Shown: positions 20,276 through 32,697 of the stretch, one piece after another | How the letters are laid out: each line of letters opens with the position of its first letter | Position numbering within the stretch: position 1 is the first letter of the stretch | Program-made: the position numbers and the translations under genes | The notes under the pieces: model-generated | Databases searched by the model: none | The model's input: the letters and a program-made list of their open reading frames with translations, nothing else | What the model was told of the DNA's origin: nothing | NCBI GenBank assembly: GCA_003021725.1 | Contig: PXRA01000065.1 | Coordinates: 118 to 64,117 of the forward strand | Origin: Halobacteriales archaeon QH_8_64_26 | GTDB taxonomy: Archaea > Halobacteriota > Halobacteria > Halobacteriales > Halococcaceae | DNA: 64,000 nucleotides | Direction of reading: 5' to 3'

Positions 20276-21658
20276 TTACTCGTAGGAACCGAGTTCGCAC
20301 TCCGCAGCCGGACCGCTGTTACACTCGTAGCCGACCTGGTCACTGGGGACGAGGTTGACGAGGTTCAACAAGTCGTTCTGACCCTGTTGGGCAACCGGCT
20401 TACCCTGTACGACTGGGACTGCCCGCTGGGCCTGGTGATCGCACTTGCGCATCACCTCCTGCCCTAAACCGACATTGTCGTACTCGTAGCCTTCCAGTTG
20501 CTTGATGATCTCCGGCGGATAAAAGGTCCCGGCGCGTTCAGCGGCGGCTGCATACTGTAAGGTCTGTGCGTACGCGAGCTGTGCAACGCCTGGCGGGGGG
20601 TTGCCGTACTCTTGCTCGTAGGCGTCAGCAAAGGTCCGTGTGGGTTCGTTGTCGATTCCCGGATCCCAAGCGGTCGTGCCGAACACACCCGGGATCGCCT
20701 GCTTAGCGTTGTCCGCCACCAACTGGTTATAAAGCGGCACGACGATCTCCATATCGCTTTTTATGCCCTGGCTGACCGCTTGTTTGAGCGAGTTCGCGCC
20801 GTCGAGCCCGTACTCGTCGAGGAACAGGACGTCAGCACCCGAACTCTGGGCCTGGGAGAGATACGAGGAGAAATCACTCGTCCCGAGTGGCGTTGCGACG
20901 CTGCCGACTTCCGTCCAGCCTGCCTCCTCGAAGAACTGCTTCGTCGATCTCTGGACGCTTTGCCCCCAGCTGTAATCGGCGTACAGCTGGAAGAAGTCCA
21001 GGTCATCCCCGTAGGCCTTCGTGACCGGTGGGACCAGCGCCTGTGCGGTCATATAGGCGTTGAACACCTCTCGGAATCCATACCGGCGACAGTCCGCGCC
21101 GGTCGTGCCGTTCGCGTGCGTAAGACAACACTGAAACAGCACCTTTTCCTGTTGAGCCAGCGATTCTAATGCGATCGCTACGGCGCTCGAAGAGCCGCCG
21201 GTGAACATGATCACGTTGTCCCGATTGATCATCCGACTGGCAGTGTTCCGTGCCGTATCGGGATCAGTCGCTGTATCGCCCTCGACGAAGTCGATCTGTT
21301 TGCCGAGCACGCCGTTACCTTTGAGATCACTGAAGCTGTCGACCCAGCCGCCGCCGTTGTTCAGATGCTTGACTGCGAGTTTGTACGCGTCGAGTTCGGT
21401 CGCGCCCTCGTTCTGATACGATCCCGTCTGTGGCACCGTGAAGCCGAAGGTCGCCGTGTCGCCCTCGACGGGGAAGTTCCCGAGCGATGGGTAGTCCTCG
21501 CCACCACCACCGCTGCCGTTGCCGCCGCCACCACCCTCGCCACCGCCGCTACCGCCACCACCGGCACAGCCCGCCAATCCGGCAATACCGACCGAGCCGG
21601 ATGCGCCGGCCAGTTTCAGTACGTCACGACGGCTGTGACTGCCGCTGTCGTCTGCCAT
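20276..21658 (-). CDS. ABC substrate-binding lipoprotein (LivJ/K-like) with Tat signal
   Basis: SRRDVLKLAG twin-arginine motif, LAGCAGG lipobox and a G-rich linker, followed by a type-1 periplasmic binding fold. Confidence 0.85.
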   Translation of the reverse strand: MADDSGSHSRRDVLKLAGASGSVGIAGLAGCAGGGGSGGGEGGGGGNGSGGGGEDYPSLGNFPVEGDTATFGFTVPQTGSYQNEGATELDAYKLAVKHLNNGGGWVDSFSDLKGNGVLGKQIDFVEGDTATDPDTARNTASRMINRDNVIMFTGGSSSAVAIALESLAQQEKVLFQCCLTHANGTTGADCRRYGFREVFNAYMTAQALVPPVTKAYGDDLDFFQLYADYSWGQSVQRSTKQFFEEAGWTEVGSVATPLGTSDFSSYLSQAQSSGADVLFLDEYGLDGANSLKQAVSQGIKSDMEIVVPLYNQLVADNAKQAIPGVFGTTAWDPGIDNEPTRTFADAYEQEYGNPPPGVAQLAYAQTLQYAAAAERAGTFYPPEIIKQLEGYEYDNVGLGQEVMRKCDHQAQRAVPVVQGKPVAQQGQNDLLNLVNLVPSDQVGYECNSGPAAECELGSYE

Positions 21659-21879
21659 GGATGGTAGTCGGATACCACGGTAATAATCCTTGTGCTAGCT
21701 GGCAAGTAGCGTATTAAACCGGCTGACTCACCAAGGGTGTGATTCAATAAGGGATGCATGGCTCCTTCGATCAGTACTAGAACGTACTACCTCAGCCGGC
21801 GAGAACGGTCGCCGAGTACCTCCAGGACGCGCTAACAGTGACGGGTCAGGTCCCCCGGCCCCAACGCCGCCGGTCGTTC

Positions 21880-23865
<1,986 letters not shown>

Positions 23866-24004
23866 ACGTTCGACGGTCGTCTACCGAGAGGATAAAGATT
23901 GCCCGTCGTACAGCGTCGATCATCAACGAAAGAATCACCCCAACGCGGCCGGTCCGCTGGTTATGATCGAGTGTCATCTAGCTTCGACTGCATCCCGTGC
24001 CCAC

Positions 24005-25708
24005 TCAGGCCAGCCCGATCGTCTCCTGGTAGGCCCCGTATCGATCCTCGAAGACGGTCATGATCTCGCCCATCGTCGCGTAGGCCTTCACCGCGTCGAT
24101 GATCGGGCCCATGACGTTCCGGTCGTTCTCGATCGCCTCCTCAAGGGTATCGAGGACCTCGGCGACCGCATCCTCGTCGCGTTCGTCCTTTACCTCCTCC
24201 AAGCGGTCGTGCTGGCGGCTCTCTACTTCCTCGCCGACGTGCAGTAGTTCGAGGCGATCGTCCTCGCCTTCCTGGGAGTACTTGTTGAGGCCGACGACGA
24301 CCTCCTCGCCCGTCTCGACGCGCTCCTGGTACTCATAGGAGGCGTCCTGGATCTCCCGGTGGAAATAGCCCTCCTCGATCCCCCGCAGCACCCCGTCCCT
24401 GATCGACCCATCACCCAGTTCGGCGATCTCCTCGATGTAGGCGGTCGCTTCCGCCTCGACCTCGTCGGTGAGCGACTCGATCGCGAAGCTTCCACCGAGG
24501 GGATCGACGATATCCGCCGCGCCCGATTCCTCGGCGATGATCTGTTGGGTGCGAAGCGCGACCCGCACCGCGTCCTCGGAGGGAAGGGCCAGGGCCTCGT
24601 CGTAGCTATTGGTATGCAGGCTCTGAGTTCCCCCGAGAACCCCTGCTAAGGCCTGAATCGTCACCCGGACGACGTTGTTCAAGGGTTGCTGGGCGGTGAG
24701 GGACTGGCCGGCGGTCTGGGTGTGGAACTTCAGTTGCTTCGAACGTGACTTTTTAGCGTCGTAGCGTTCGTCCATGATTCGGGCGTAGATCCGCCGGGCG
24801 GCCCGGAATTTGGCTACTTCCTCGAACAGCGAGTTATGCGAGTTGAAGAAAAAGGACAGTTGGGGGGCGAAGTCGTCGACCGCGAGCCCCCGATCTATCG
24901 TCGCCTCGACGTAGGCAAAGCCGTCGGCAAGCGTAAAGGCCAGTTCCTGGACGGCGGTCGAGCCGGCCTCTCTGATGTGATAGCCCGAGATCGAGACCGG
25001 GCTCACCTTCGGGGTCTGGGAAGCGGCGAACTCGATCGTATCGGTCACGAGATCGAGGCTCGGTTCCGGGGGAATGACCCACTCCTTCTGAGCGATGAAC
25101 TCCTTTAGCATATCGTTCTGCAAGGTGCCCCTGACCTCCTCTCGGGGCACGCCTTGCCGGTCGGCCAGTGCGATGTACATCGCATAGATAACGGGTGCAG
25201 ACGGGTTGATCGTGAAACTCGTCGAGACCTCCCCGATGTCGATGCCCTCGAACAGCACTTCCATGTCCCGCAGGGTATCGACCGCGACGCCCTCTTTTCC
25301 TACTTCGCCGGCACTCATCGGGTCATCCGAATCCATCCCCATGAGGGAAGGCATGTCGAAGGCGGTCGAGAGGCCGGTCTGGCCCTGGTCGATCAGGTAC
25401 TGGAAGCGCTCGTTGGTCTCCGTGGCCGTGCCGAAGCCGGCGAACTGGCGCATCGTCCAGGTCCGACCGCGATACATCGTCGGGTACACACCCCGCGTAT
25501 AGGGATACTCGCCCGGGAAGCCGAGCTCCCCGTCGTAATCGAGGTCCGCGACGTCCTCGGGGGTGTAGATCCGATCGACACCTAAGTTCGAGACCGTCGC
25601 GAACCGATCCTTGCGCTCGCCGTAGGCCTCCAGTGCCGGATCGAGGGTCTCTTTTCCCCACTCGGAGCGCGATTCGCGGATTTCCCGTAGGTCCTCCTCG
25701 TCGAACAT
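24005..25708 (-). CDS. methylmalonyl-CoA mutase-family large (catalytic) subunit
   Basis: 567 aa with YPTMYRGRTWTMRQFAGFG and the TIM-barrel mutase pattern. No B12-binding domain in this ORF. Confidence 0.9.
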   Translation of the reverse strand: MFDEEDLREIRESRSEWGKETLDPALEAYGERKDRFATVSNLGVDRIYTPEDVADLDYDGELGFPGEYPYTRGVYPTMYRGRTWTMRQFAGFGTATETNERFQYLIDQGQTGLSTAFDMPSLMGMDSDDPMSAGEVGKEGVAVDTLRDMEVLFEGIDIGEVSTSFTINPSAPVIYAMYIALADRQGVPREEVRGTLQNDMLKEFIAQKEWVIPPEPSLDLVTDTIEFAASQTPKVSPVSISGYHIREAGSTAVQELAFTLADGFAYVEATIDRGLAVDDFAPQLSFFFNSHNSLFEEVAKFRAARRIYARIMDERYDAKKSRSKQLKFHTQTAGQSLTAQQPLNNVVRVTIQALAGVLGGTQSLHTNSYDEALALPSEDAVRVALRTQQIIAEESGAADIVDPLGGSFAIESLTDEVEAEATAYIEEIAELGDGSIRDGVLRGIEEGYFHREIQDASYEYQERVETGEEVVVGLNKYSQEGEDDRLELLHVGEEVESRQHDRLEEVKDERDEDAVAEVLDTLEEAIENDRNVMGPIIDAVKAYATMGEIMTVFEDRYGAYQETIGLA

Positions 25709-25798
25709 GCGTTGATATTCGCACCGATCGCAAAGAACATTTGCCCCGCTCGGACTCGGTCGGCCGGTCGTCCCGCGCTCCGAACCGCGGGGCCCGGG

Positions 25799-26611
25799 TT
25801 ACTCGAACTCCTGGAGGCGATTGACCGTCTCGACGAGGGGGTGTTTGGCGTAATCGACCACCTCGATGTCCGCGATCGATTCGAGGTCCTCCTCCCTCGC
25901 GGTGCGGGCCATCCCCAACTCGACGGGTTCGTCGAGGACGATCGCGTAGGCGTCCATCTCCTCGATCCCTAGTTCATCGGCGGCCTTCACGCGGTGGTGC
26001 CCGTCCGCCAGCAACAGGTCGCCATCGTTGTCGATCACGACCAGCGGTTCGGCGAGCCGGTTTTCGAGCTCGTAGGTGCGCCCCTCGAGTTCGTCGGCGT
26101 ACACCCGGTTTTGGGTTGGCGTCAGGTCCGCGAGCGATACCTCCCGGTGGTGGTCACTCGCCGTGATGTCGTGGATGTTTTCGAGGGTGCGAGTGAGCTT
26201 CTCGACCTTCTGGGGGGTTGCCCGTTCGATCTGGCTGCGGATCACGTCGGTGTTCGAGATGATCCCGACGAGGTTGCCGGCGTCGTCGACGACGGGCAGT
26301 TTCTGGATCCCCGACCGGAGGATGACGCGGGCGGCGTCCCGGAGGCTCATCTTCGGGTGCGCAACGAGGAGATCGTCGCTCATCAACTTGAAGATGAGTT
26401 CCTCGTCGGGAGCGAGCAATAGATCGCGTGCGGTTACGAACCCCTCGCACCGACGGGCGTCGGTCACGGGAAAGCCGCTGTGTTCCTCGCTTTCGGCGAT
26501 TCGCTGGGCGACGCCCTGGACGGTGTCGTCCGGGGAGACCGTCGCGACCTCACGGGTCATATAGTCTTTCACTCTCGGTGAGCGGGAGTTATCTAACTCA
26601 TCAGGGGACAT
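25799..26611 (-). CDS. CBS-pair + ParB/Srx-like domain fusion protein
   Basis: Two CBS motifs (DYMTREVATV..., KLPVVDDAGNLVGIISNTDV) followed by LLADGHHRVKAA, the ParB-type DGxHR motif. Start is either 26611 (MSPDELD) or 26692. Confidence 0.75.
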   Translation of the reverse strand: MSPDELDNSRSPRVKDYMTREVATVSPDDTVQGVAQRIAESEEHSGFPVTDARRCEGFVTARDLLLAPDEELIFKLMSDDLLVAHPKMSLRDAARVILRSGIQKLPVVDDAGNLVGIISNTDVIRSQIERATPQKVEKLTRTLENIHDITASDHHREVSLADLTPTQNRVYADELEGRTYELENRLAEPLVVIDNDGDLLLADGHHRVKAADELGIEEMDAYAIVLDEPVELGMARTAREEDLESIADIEVVDYAKHPLVETVNRLQEFE

Positions 26612-26809
26612 CGGGGCTATTGGGACTGCGGAAGGACCGCGGGAGATTAAATCCGCCGGCCGGGGAGTAGCGACGGACGTGCCGCTACTCACCCCGTAGG
26701 CAAGCCTCCCGAGATGAGATATCCATCCAACCGCAACGAAGGCGAAAATTTCGTGAACAGGTCACTGAACTACGTGTCTCCTCCTGCGGGGAGGTATCCT
26801 CGCTTGAAC

Positions 26810-27250
26810 TCAGCCCACCTGCGCTGCTTGCTCGCTGCCTTCGGTCGAGAGGTGATCGACCAGATCCGTCGTCGTGAGGATGCCGGTCACGTTGCCCTCC
26901 TGGCCGACCACCGGGAGGTGGTCGATCTCCCGTTCGATCATCTCTTCGGTGACCGCTTCCAGGGAGGTATCCGAATGGGTCGTATGCACGTCGGTCGTCA
27001 TATACTCCTCGACGGTGACCCCGCTTGCCGACCGATCGTCGGCGGCTGCCTGCATGGCGTCCGTCGAGGTGAAGATCCCCTCGGGCGAGCACTCGCTATC
27101 GATAACGAGGAGTGATCCGATCCCTGCTTCCCGCATCGCGCGTATGGCCTCGTCGATCGGCGTCGCGGCGGCGAGCGTGAGCACCGGCGTAGTCATGGCG
27201 TCGGCCACGGTAGTCGCTCCCATGATCGTTCGTCGTGAGCGAGCGCCCAT
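26810..27250 (-). CDS. CBS domain pair protein
   Basis: VADAMTTPVLTL..., EYMTTDVHTT...HLPVVGQEGNVTGILTTTDLV. Alternative start at 27223. Confidence 0.75.
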   Translation of the reverse strand: MGARSRRTIMGATTVADAMTTPVLTLAAATPIDEAIRAMREAGIGSLLVIDSECSPEGIFTSTDAMQAAADDRSASGVTVEEYMTTDVHTTHSDTSLEAVTEEMIEREIDHLPVVGQEGNVTGILTTTDLVDHLSTEGSEQAAQVG

Positions 27251-27369
27251 AGTGTTGGCGTGACCTCCACTACCTTCGGTCGGGAGCGGTCCCCGACCCC
27301 CGGTCTCCGGTTCGCGGACGTACTGTCGGGGCCGCGCTCCCTCCTTGCCCACCGACCGGTATCGAAGCT

Positions 27370-28017
27370 TCACTCCTCCGTCGAGTGGAACACACGGAGG
27401 GTATCGCGCGATCCCGACCGGCACTCGATCTCGATCAGCCCGAGATCGGTGAACACCTGGCCCCAGTTCCGGCAGTAGAGGGGGAGCCCTTCGTCGACGT
27501 AACCCACGTCGTAGCCGCGCTCGTCCCGGTCGTCGTTCGCTCTTCCGCGGGTAGCTTCCTCCCAGCGTTCGTTCTCAACCGTAACCAGGAGCTTCCCGGT
27601 GATTCGGGCCAGCTCCGCGAAGACGGGCTCGCTGTCGGGATGGACGTGCTGGAGGGTCTCGACGGAGTACACCGCGCCGAAGCGGTCGTCGGCGAACTCC
27701 CCGAGGACGTCCTCGATCGCCTCGACGTGAAAGCTGCCGGCGGCGGCGAGATCGGGGTAGGTCTCTTGCATCACCGCTATGGCCTCGGCGCTGACCTCGA
27801 CGCCTGCCAGGTTCCGGAAACCGTTGTCCTGGAGGTAGGCGAGGTGTCGACCCGAGCTACAGCCCACCTCCAGGATGGGTGTCTCGCAGCCGAGATGGCG
27901 GTCGAAGAGTTCGCCGATCGCCTCGCTCGTCCCGTCCGGGCCGCGGTGGGCGTAGTACTCCGGCGAGAACTCCCCGGAGCGCTCTGCCCATCGCCGACGT
28001 ACGTCCTTCGGATCCAT
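27370..28017 (-). CDS. class I SAM-dependent methyltransferase
   Basis: ATG at 28017 (MDPKDVRRRWAERSGEF). ILEVGCSSGRH is motif I. Confidence 0.85.
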   Translation of the reverse strand: MDPKDVRRRWAERSGEFSPEYYAHRGPDGTSEAIGELFDRHLGCETPILEVGCSSGRHLAYLQDNGFRNLAGVEVSAEAIAVMQETYPDLAAAGSFHVEAIEDVLGEFADDRFGAVYSVETLQHVHPDSEPVFAELARITGKLLVTVENERWEEATRGRANDDRDERGYDVGYVDEGLPLYCRNWGQVFTDLGLIEIECRSGSRDTLRVFHSTEE

Positions 28018-28210
28018 CTGATAGGTATCGCGACCGATTTCGACGGTCTGCCTCCGCGCGTTTCGCCGCCGGTCGATCCTTCGTCCCGGTAGGACGCCGG
28101 TGTTCGTATCCAGCGATCCCGTCGGAAGCAGTTTGCCGGGGCGGTGTCGACTGTCCTGAGACACCGATAGTCCCAGTGGGGTCGACCGAGTTCAACTTCC
28201 GCCGCCGGAA

Positions 28211-28504
28211 CTATTCGAGCCCGCCGATATGGCCTTCCCGCCGGAGCTGATCGGCGTCCCGGCCGGTGTAGCGCCACTCGATGTTGGCCTTCTCGTCCTG
28301 CCAGGACCACGGTTCGACGAGGACGACATCGCCCTCGTTGATCCAGGTACGGTACTTCATCCGGCCGGGGATACGGCCCATTCGGTTCTCGCCGTCCTCA
28401 CAGCGGACCCGCACGTGATTGCCGCCGTCGTGCTGGGTGACGATCGCAAACAGCTCGTCGTCGTTGGGCATCCGGAGGTTCCGACGCCCGCTTTCTTCAC
28501 TCAC
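28211..28504 (-). CDS. eif1a: translation initiation factor aIF-1A
   Basis: [22 protein letters not shown]...[24 protein letters not shown] is a canonical aIF-1A S1/OB protein. GTG start. Confidence 0.95.
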   Translation of the reverse strand: MSEESGRRNLRMPNDDELFAIVTQHDGGNHVRVRCEDGENRMGRIPGRMKYRTWINEGDVVLVEPWSWQDEKANIEWRYTGRDADQLRREGHIGGLE

Positions 28505-28863
28505 TATACTTTCCTATGAGGACCGCACAGTAAAATCCCTCGGAACACGCCACAGCTTGGCTCACGGTGTGTTCGGTTCGATCGATATCGCCCGAGGCGG
28601 GAACACCGACGGCTCGTTTCGATTCGTCCGGGAACTCGGTTCTTCGCCTGTGGTCCGCCCAGCGGTGGGCGCTCGCGAGCTCGGTCGGGAACGACACGGG
28701 CTCGCGACGTCGAACCGGCAGGGCGGGCTGCCGGGCGGAAACGTTCTTTGGCGTACGGCTGGGAGTCGCCCGTACCGATGAGCGATAGTGAGCCAGCCGA
28801 CGAGGAGTTCGACCGCATCAGGGACGCGCCGCCGAGGAAATCGCCGACGAGGACGTCCGCTCG

Positions 28864-29061
28864 ATGTACGTCGGGCTGATCGACGATGCTGGTGAAAACG
28901 AGTTCTACTTCGCGAACGCCGACGACGCCGACCTCCAGGGGCTGGCGGTCACCCAGCTCGGAATGATGACCCGGGTCCTTGCGGACCAGTCGAACCTGAG
29001 TGCCGAGGAAGTCGCCGAACTGGCCGCCGAACGAGCCGAGGAGATGGACCTGCGCCGCTGA
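28864..29061 (+). CDS. small acidic protein, probably frameshifted at its 5' end
   Basis: 65-aa ORF MYVGLIDDAGENEFYF... Coding-like sequence continues upstream in frame, and an ATG at 28778 opens MSDSEPADEEFDRIRD in another frame (see finding). Confidence 0.5.
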   Translation: MYVGLIDDAGENEFYFANADDADLQGLAVTQLGMMTRVLADQSNLSAEEVAELAAERAEEMDLRR

Positions 29062-29106
29062 GGTGCTTTCGACGACCGGAGACCGGCGGCTCACTCTCCG
29101 GACCGG

Positions 29107-29838
29107 TCAGTCCGTTCGAGCGTTCGCCGGCCCGATCGTTGTCCTTAGCGTGCCGACCCCCTCGTACCAGATCTCGATCTCGTCGCCCGGTTCGAGGAGG
29201 CCGGGGTTGGCCGGACTGCCGAAGGCGATCGCGTCGCCGGGGCGGAAAGTAAAGCGTTCGGAGAGAAAGGCGACCACCTCCGCGGGATCGAACAACATCC
29301 GTCCGGTCGAAGCTTCCTGGCGGATCTCGCCACTGACCGTCGTTTCCATGGCCATTGCCGTCGGATCGACATCGGTCGCGATCCAGGGCCCGAGCGGTGC
29401 GGAGCCATCGAAGGCCTTCCGGGCCGTCCGCCCCGGTTGATCGAGCGCATCGAGATCGTTCATGATCGTATAGCCTCTCAGTACGTCGGAAACGTCCTCG
29501 GGATCGATCGCGTGACACTTCCGGTCGATCACGGCCGCCAGCTCCCCGGCGTAGGTGAGTTCGCTCGTGAAGGATGGATAGGCCAACTGCGCTCCGGGCG
29601 GATGGACCGACGTCGGCGGCTTGAGGAAGAAGTCGGGCTCTTCCGGTCGGTCGTAGTCCATTTGCTCGAGCGTCGCGGCGTAGTTCCGTCCGACACAGTA
29701 CAGCGCCGAGGGGGCACAGGGAGCGAGCAGTGTCGCTTCCTCGCCGAGCGCGTAGCGCTCGCTCCCGGCGTGGAGGTCCCCGTTCGCTACGCTTCCTTCG
29801 ACGATGCCATTGCCCGTTCGTGCTCGTGCGAGCCGCAT
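29107..29838 (-). CDS. fumarylacetoacetate hydrolase (FAH) family protein
   Basis: ATG at 29838 (MRLARARTGNG). CVGRNYAATLEQM, FFLKPPTS, YAGELAAVI and GTPxG-like FGSPANPG are FAH-fold motifs. Confidence 0.85.
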   Translation of the reverse strand: MRLARARTGNGIVEGSVANGDLHAGSERYALGEEATLLAPCAPSALYCVGRNYAATLEQMDYDRPEEPDFFLKPPTSVHPPGAQLAYPSFTSELTYAGELAAVIDRKCHAIDPEDVSDVLRGYTIMNDLDALDQPGRTARKAFDGSAPLGPWIATDVDPTAMAMETTVSGEIRQEASTGRMLFDPAEVVAFLSERFTFRPGDAIAFGSPANPGLLEPGDEIEIWYEGVGTLRTTIGPANARTD

Positions 29839-29936
29839 CGATCGGTCCTCGGCGGCCGGCGAGCATACGACCGTCGATGCTCGGCAGCCGACCGCCACTC
29901 CAGCCTCGTCATCGATCGCTTGGGGACGAAGACCGG

Positions 29937-30326
29937 TCAGTACGTCGAGTAATGTATGGTTCCGGGATCGATCCGTACGAGGACGTTCTCCGGCCATGCC
30001 GAGGGGTCGGCACCGTACTTGGGGTTGACCCGCGCTTCGGCGGCCCGGGTCTCCTCGTCGTCTTCGATCACCGCCGCCCGCCCGAGCACCGTCACGGCCC
30101 ACTGCGCCCGTCCGTTCTCGTCTTTCTGGACCGACAGCGCGACCCGCGGGTTCTCGCGGATGTTTGCCAGCTTTCGGCCCGTCGTGAGCACCTCGATCGT
30201 CCCCTCGGCGTAGCCGTACCAGACGGGCGCGACGTGCGGGCGGTCCTCGACGCTGGTCGCGAGGTGGGCTATCAGCGGTTCGCTGGTGAGCAGTTCCTCG
30301 ACCTCGGTCGGCACCGTCTCGCTCAT
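29937..30326 (-). CDS. pyridoxamine 5-phosphate oxidase-family (FMN/F420 split-barrel) protein
   Basis: ATG at 30326. LIAHLATSVEDRPHVAPVWYGY...GRKLANIRENPRVALSV is the typical PNPOx-like pattern. Confidence 0.8.
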   Translation of the reverse strand: MSETVPTEVEELLTSEPLIAHLATSVEDRPHVAPVWYGYAEGTIEVLTTGRKLANIRENPRVALSVQKDENGRAQWAVTVLGRAAVIEDDEETRAAEARVNPKYGADPSAWPENVLVRIDPGTIHYSTY

Positions 30327-30440
30327 AGGGTTTCCGGACCGCTGCGCTCGAAAACCGTTGTCGCTCGTTCGATAGCTCGGTGGCTCGATTCGACCGGCCG
30401 TCGCCACCGGAGAGCCTGGTTCATGCGCCCGGGCAGCGGG

Positions 30441-31955
30441 TCACTTGTAGCCAAGCGCCTTCAGCCGCGTGGCGACGCCCGAGGGCGGCCCTCGCTCGTT
30501 TGCCTCCTCGATGCCGCCGAGGCGATCGACGTGCTCGCTCACTGCTCGGTGGAGCCGTCCGACCGTCTCGGTACCTGCGTGCTCCGCGTAGACGTTCTCC
30601 CGTTCAGCCGGGTCGACCGACCGCCGGTAGAGTTCCCGGCGACCGGAGTCGGTATGGTAGATGTAGGCCCACTCCTGCGTGCGTGCGCTCGCGAGTAACT
30701 CCCCCTCGTCGAGGCGCCGCGGGATGGGCTGTTGGGTGACCTTTCCGCCGCGGACGGTGACCGACACTACGGGCTGTTCCGCGACCGTCTCGCCGCTTCG
30801 GATCGCTCGATCGAGGCTCCGACCCTCGAATTCGGGCGGGCTATCGACACCCATGCCAGCACAGATCGTCGGCGCGATCGCATCGAGACCGACTGCCGGA
30901 GCGGCCCGTTGTGAGAGTCCGTCGGGGTGATCGACGATCAGGGGAACGTGGATCAGCTCCTCGTAGAGCTTGGGATAGTGTGCCAAGTGGCCGTGTTCCT
31001 GGAACTCCTCGCCGTGGTCGCCGGCGACGATGATCGAGGTGCGATCGCGCAGGCCACGGGCAGCCAACCCGTCGAGCACGTTCCGGACGCTGGCGTCGAT
31101 CCCGCGGATCGCCGCGCGGTAGAGTTGGCGGAGCCGGCCCAGTGTCCCCGCGTCGACTTCGAGCCCGAGGCCGGTCCGGGCGTGTGCGCGCAGCGCTCTT
31201 ACTATTCCGACCCGGTCGCCCGTGACCGCCGTGACGTGACGCGGCGCGGGGAGATAAGGTGTATGAGCGTCCATGTAGTGAATCCAGACGAAGAAGGGTT
31301 CTTCGACCCGATCGACGAACGACCGGGCACGAGCCCCGACGGCCGCCGCGCGAGCGTCGCCCGCAGTGCTCCCACGGGTGCCTCGGGGGCTTTCGCTCGA
31401 TATGACCCCTGGGGTCCCCGGCCCGAGGTTCCCGTCCGCTGCCGAGGTGATCGCCCCCTGTGCTCGCTTGCCCGCCCGCCGGGCCGCCGTGCCTACCAGT
31501 TGCACCCAGCCTTGAACGGTGGGATGGGCACTCAGGTACTTGCTGTAGACCCCATTGTCCTCTCCGAGCAGGGCGTCGAACTCCCGAAAGCCCCGGTCGT
31601 ACCCCCAATGATCGGTTAGAAAGCCGTTCGCAGCGTTGATGCCCGCGGTCGTGATCCCCGCTCCCGAGAGCGTTTCGGCGAGCGTCGGCGACTCGGGCAG
31701 GCCGATAGACCGCGAGCGCTCGAAGACGGGCCGGGAGGACATGATCGACGGGAACGAAAACGGCGTCCAGTTACCGTGTGCGAAGGCGTTCTCGAAGGTC
31801 GTCCCGCGATCGCGGAGCCCGGTAAGCGTCGGGGCGTGTTCGCCCGCTCCGGTTCCCGAGAGCGCGTCGGCTCGCAGCGAGTCGATCGTGATCAGTACCG
31901 TCCCGGCAAGGCTCCTGTTATCCCCTCCGGACCGGGATTCTCGAAGGCGATCCAT
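30441..31955 (-). CDS. sulfatase-like hydrolase/transferase (alkaline phosphatase superfamily)
   Basis: VLITIDSLRADAL metal-binding N-terminus and GDHGEEFQEHGHLAH. No canonical C/S-x-P-x-R formylglycine motif seen. Confidence 0.8.
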   Translation of the reverse strand: MDRLRESRSGGDNRSLAGTVLITIDSLRADALSGTGAGEHAPTLTGLRDRGTTFENAFAHGNWTPFSFPSIMSSRPVFERSRSIGLPESPTLAETLSGAGITTAGINAANGFLTDHWGYDRGFREFDALLGEDNGVYSKYLSAHPTVQGWVQLVGTAARRAGKRAQGAITSAADGNLGPGTPGVISSESPRGTRGSTAGDARAAAVGARARSFVDRVEEPFFVWIHYMDAHTPYLPAPRHVTAVTGDRVGIVRALRAHARTGLGLEVDAGTLGRLRQLYRAAIRGIDASVRNVLDGLAARGLRDRTSIIVAGDHGEEFQEHGHLAHYPKLYEELIHVPLIVDHPDGLSQRAAPAVGLDAIAPTICAGMGVDSPPEFEGRSLDRAIRSGETVAEQPVVSVTVRGGKVTQQPIPRRLDEGELLASARTQEWAYIYHTDSGRRELYRRSVDPAERENVYAEHAGTETVGRLHRAVSEHVDRLGGIEEANERGPPSGVATRLKALGYK

Positions 31956-32133
31956 TCGTCCTGGCGACTGATCGCCGCTCGTCCGCAAATAGCTTTCCAC
32001 TTGCGAGTCCGCGTCCGATCCGATCGATCGACGGCCGCCGGCCGGCAGTTGGGGATCGAGGCTCGCGGAGACTGTGTAACGCTACCGCAGGCCAAGAACT
32101 ATATAGGCGAGCCGTGATGGATCGAGCGGACTC

Positions 32134-32553
32134 ATGACACAGGTCACGTTAGCGGTCGCAAAGGAGCTACTCGACGCAGCGGAACAACGCGCCACGGAGA
32201 TCGATGTCCCGATGTGTATCGCGGTCGTCGATGACGGCGCGAACCTCGTTGCCTTCCGGCGGATGGACGGTGGCCTGCTCGGGAGCGTCTCGATCGCCCA
32301 GGAGAAAGCCTACACCGCCGTCGCCCTCGAGGACACGACCGAGGCCCTCGCCGAGGCGGCTCGCCCGGACGCCTCCTTGCATGGCATCCAGTCGGACGAC
32401 GGCGGCCGCTTCGTCATTTACGGCGGCGGGATCCCGATCACCGACGGCGATGTTGACGGCGGAGCGGTGGTGGGCGCGGTCGGTGCCAGCAGCGGCACCG
32501 TCGAGGAGGACATCACCGTCGCACAGGCCGGCGTCGACGCGTTCGACGCCTGA
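32134..32553 (+). CDS. GlcG/HbpS-like heme-binding protein (DUF336)
   Basis: 139 aa with CIAVVDDGANLVAFRRMDG, SIAQEKAYTAV, GGGIPI and GAVGASSGTVEED. Confidence 0.85.
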   Translation: MTQVTLAVAKELLDAAEQRATEIDVPMCIAVVDDGANLVAFRRMDGGLLGSVSIAQEKAYTAVALEDTTEALAEAARPDASLHGIQSDDGGRFVIYGGGIPITDGDVDGGAVVGAVGASSGTVEEDITVAQAGVDAFDA

Positions 32554-32697
32554 CCAACACTCCTTCGACGTCGAGTCGGTCGGCCCCGGTTCCCGCCGGG
32601 GCTCGATCGCGACGGCGAGGTCGCGTCGGTGATTTCGCCGGTGCCGCCGGTTCCTGGTTCCCGTAGGCTTATGCGGGCGTGGGGAGACTCTCTCCCG

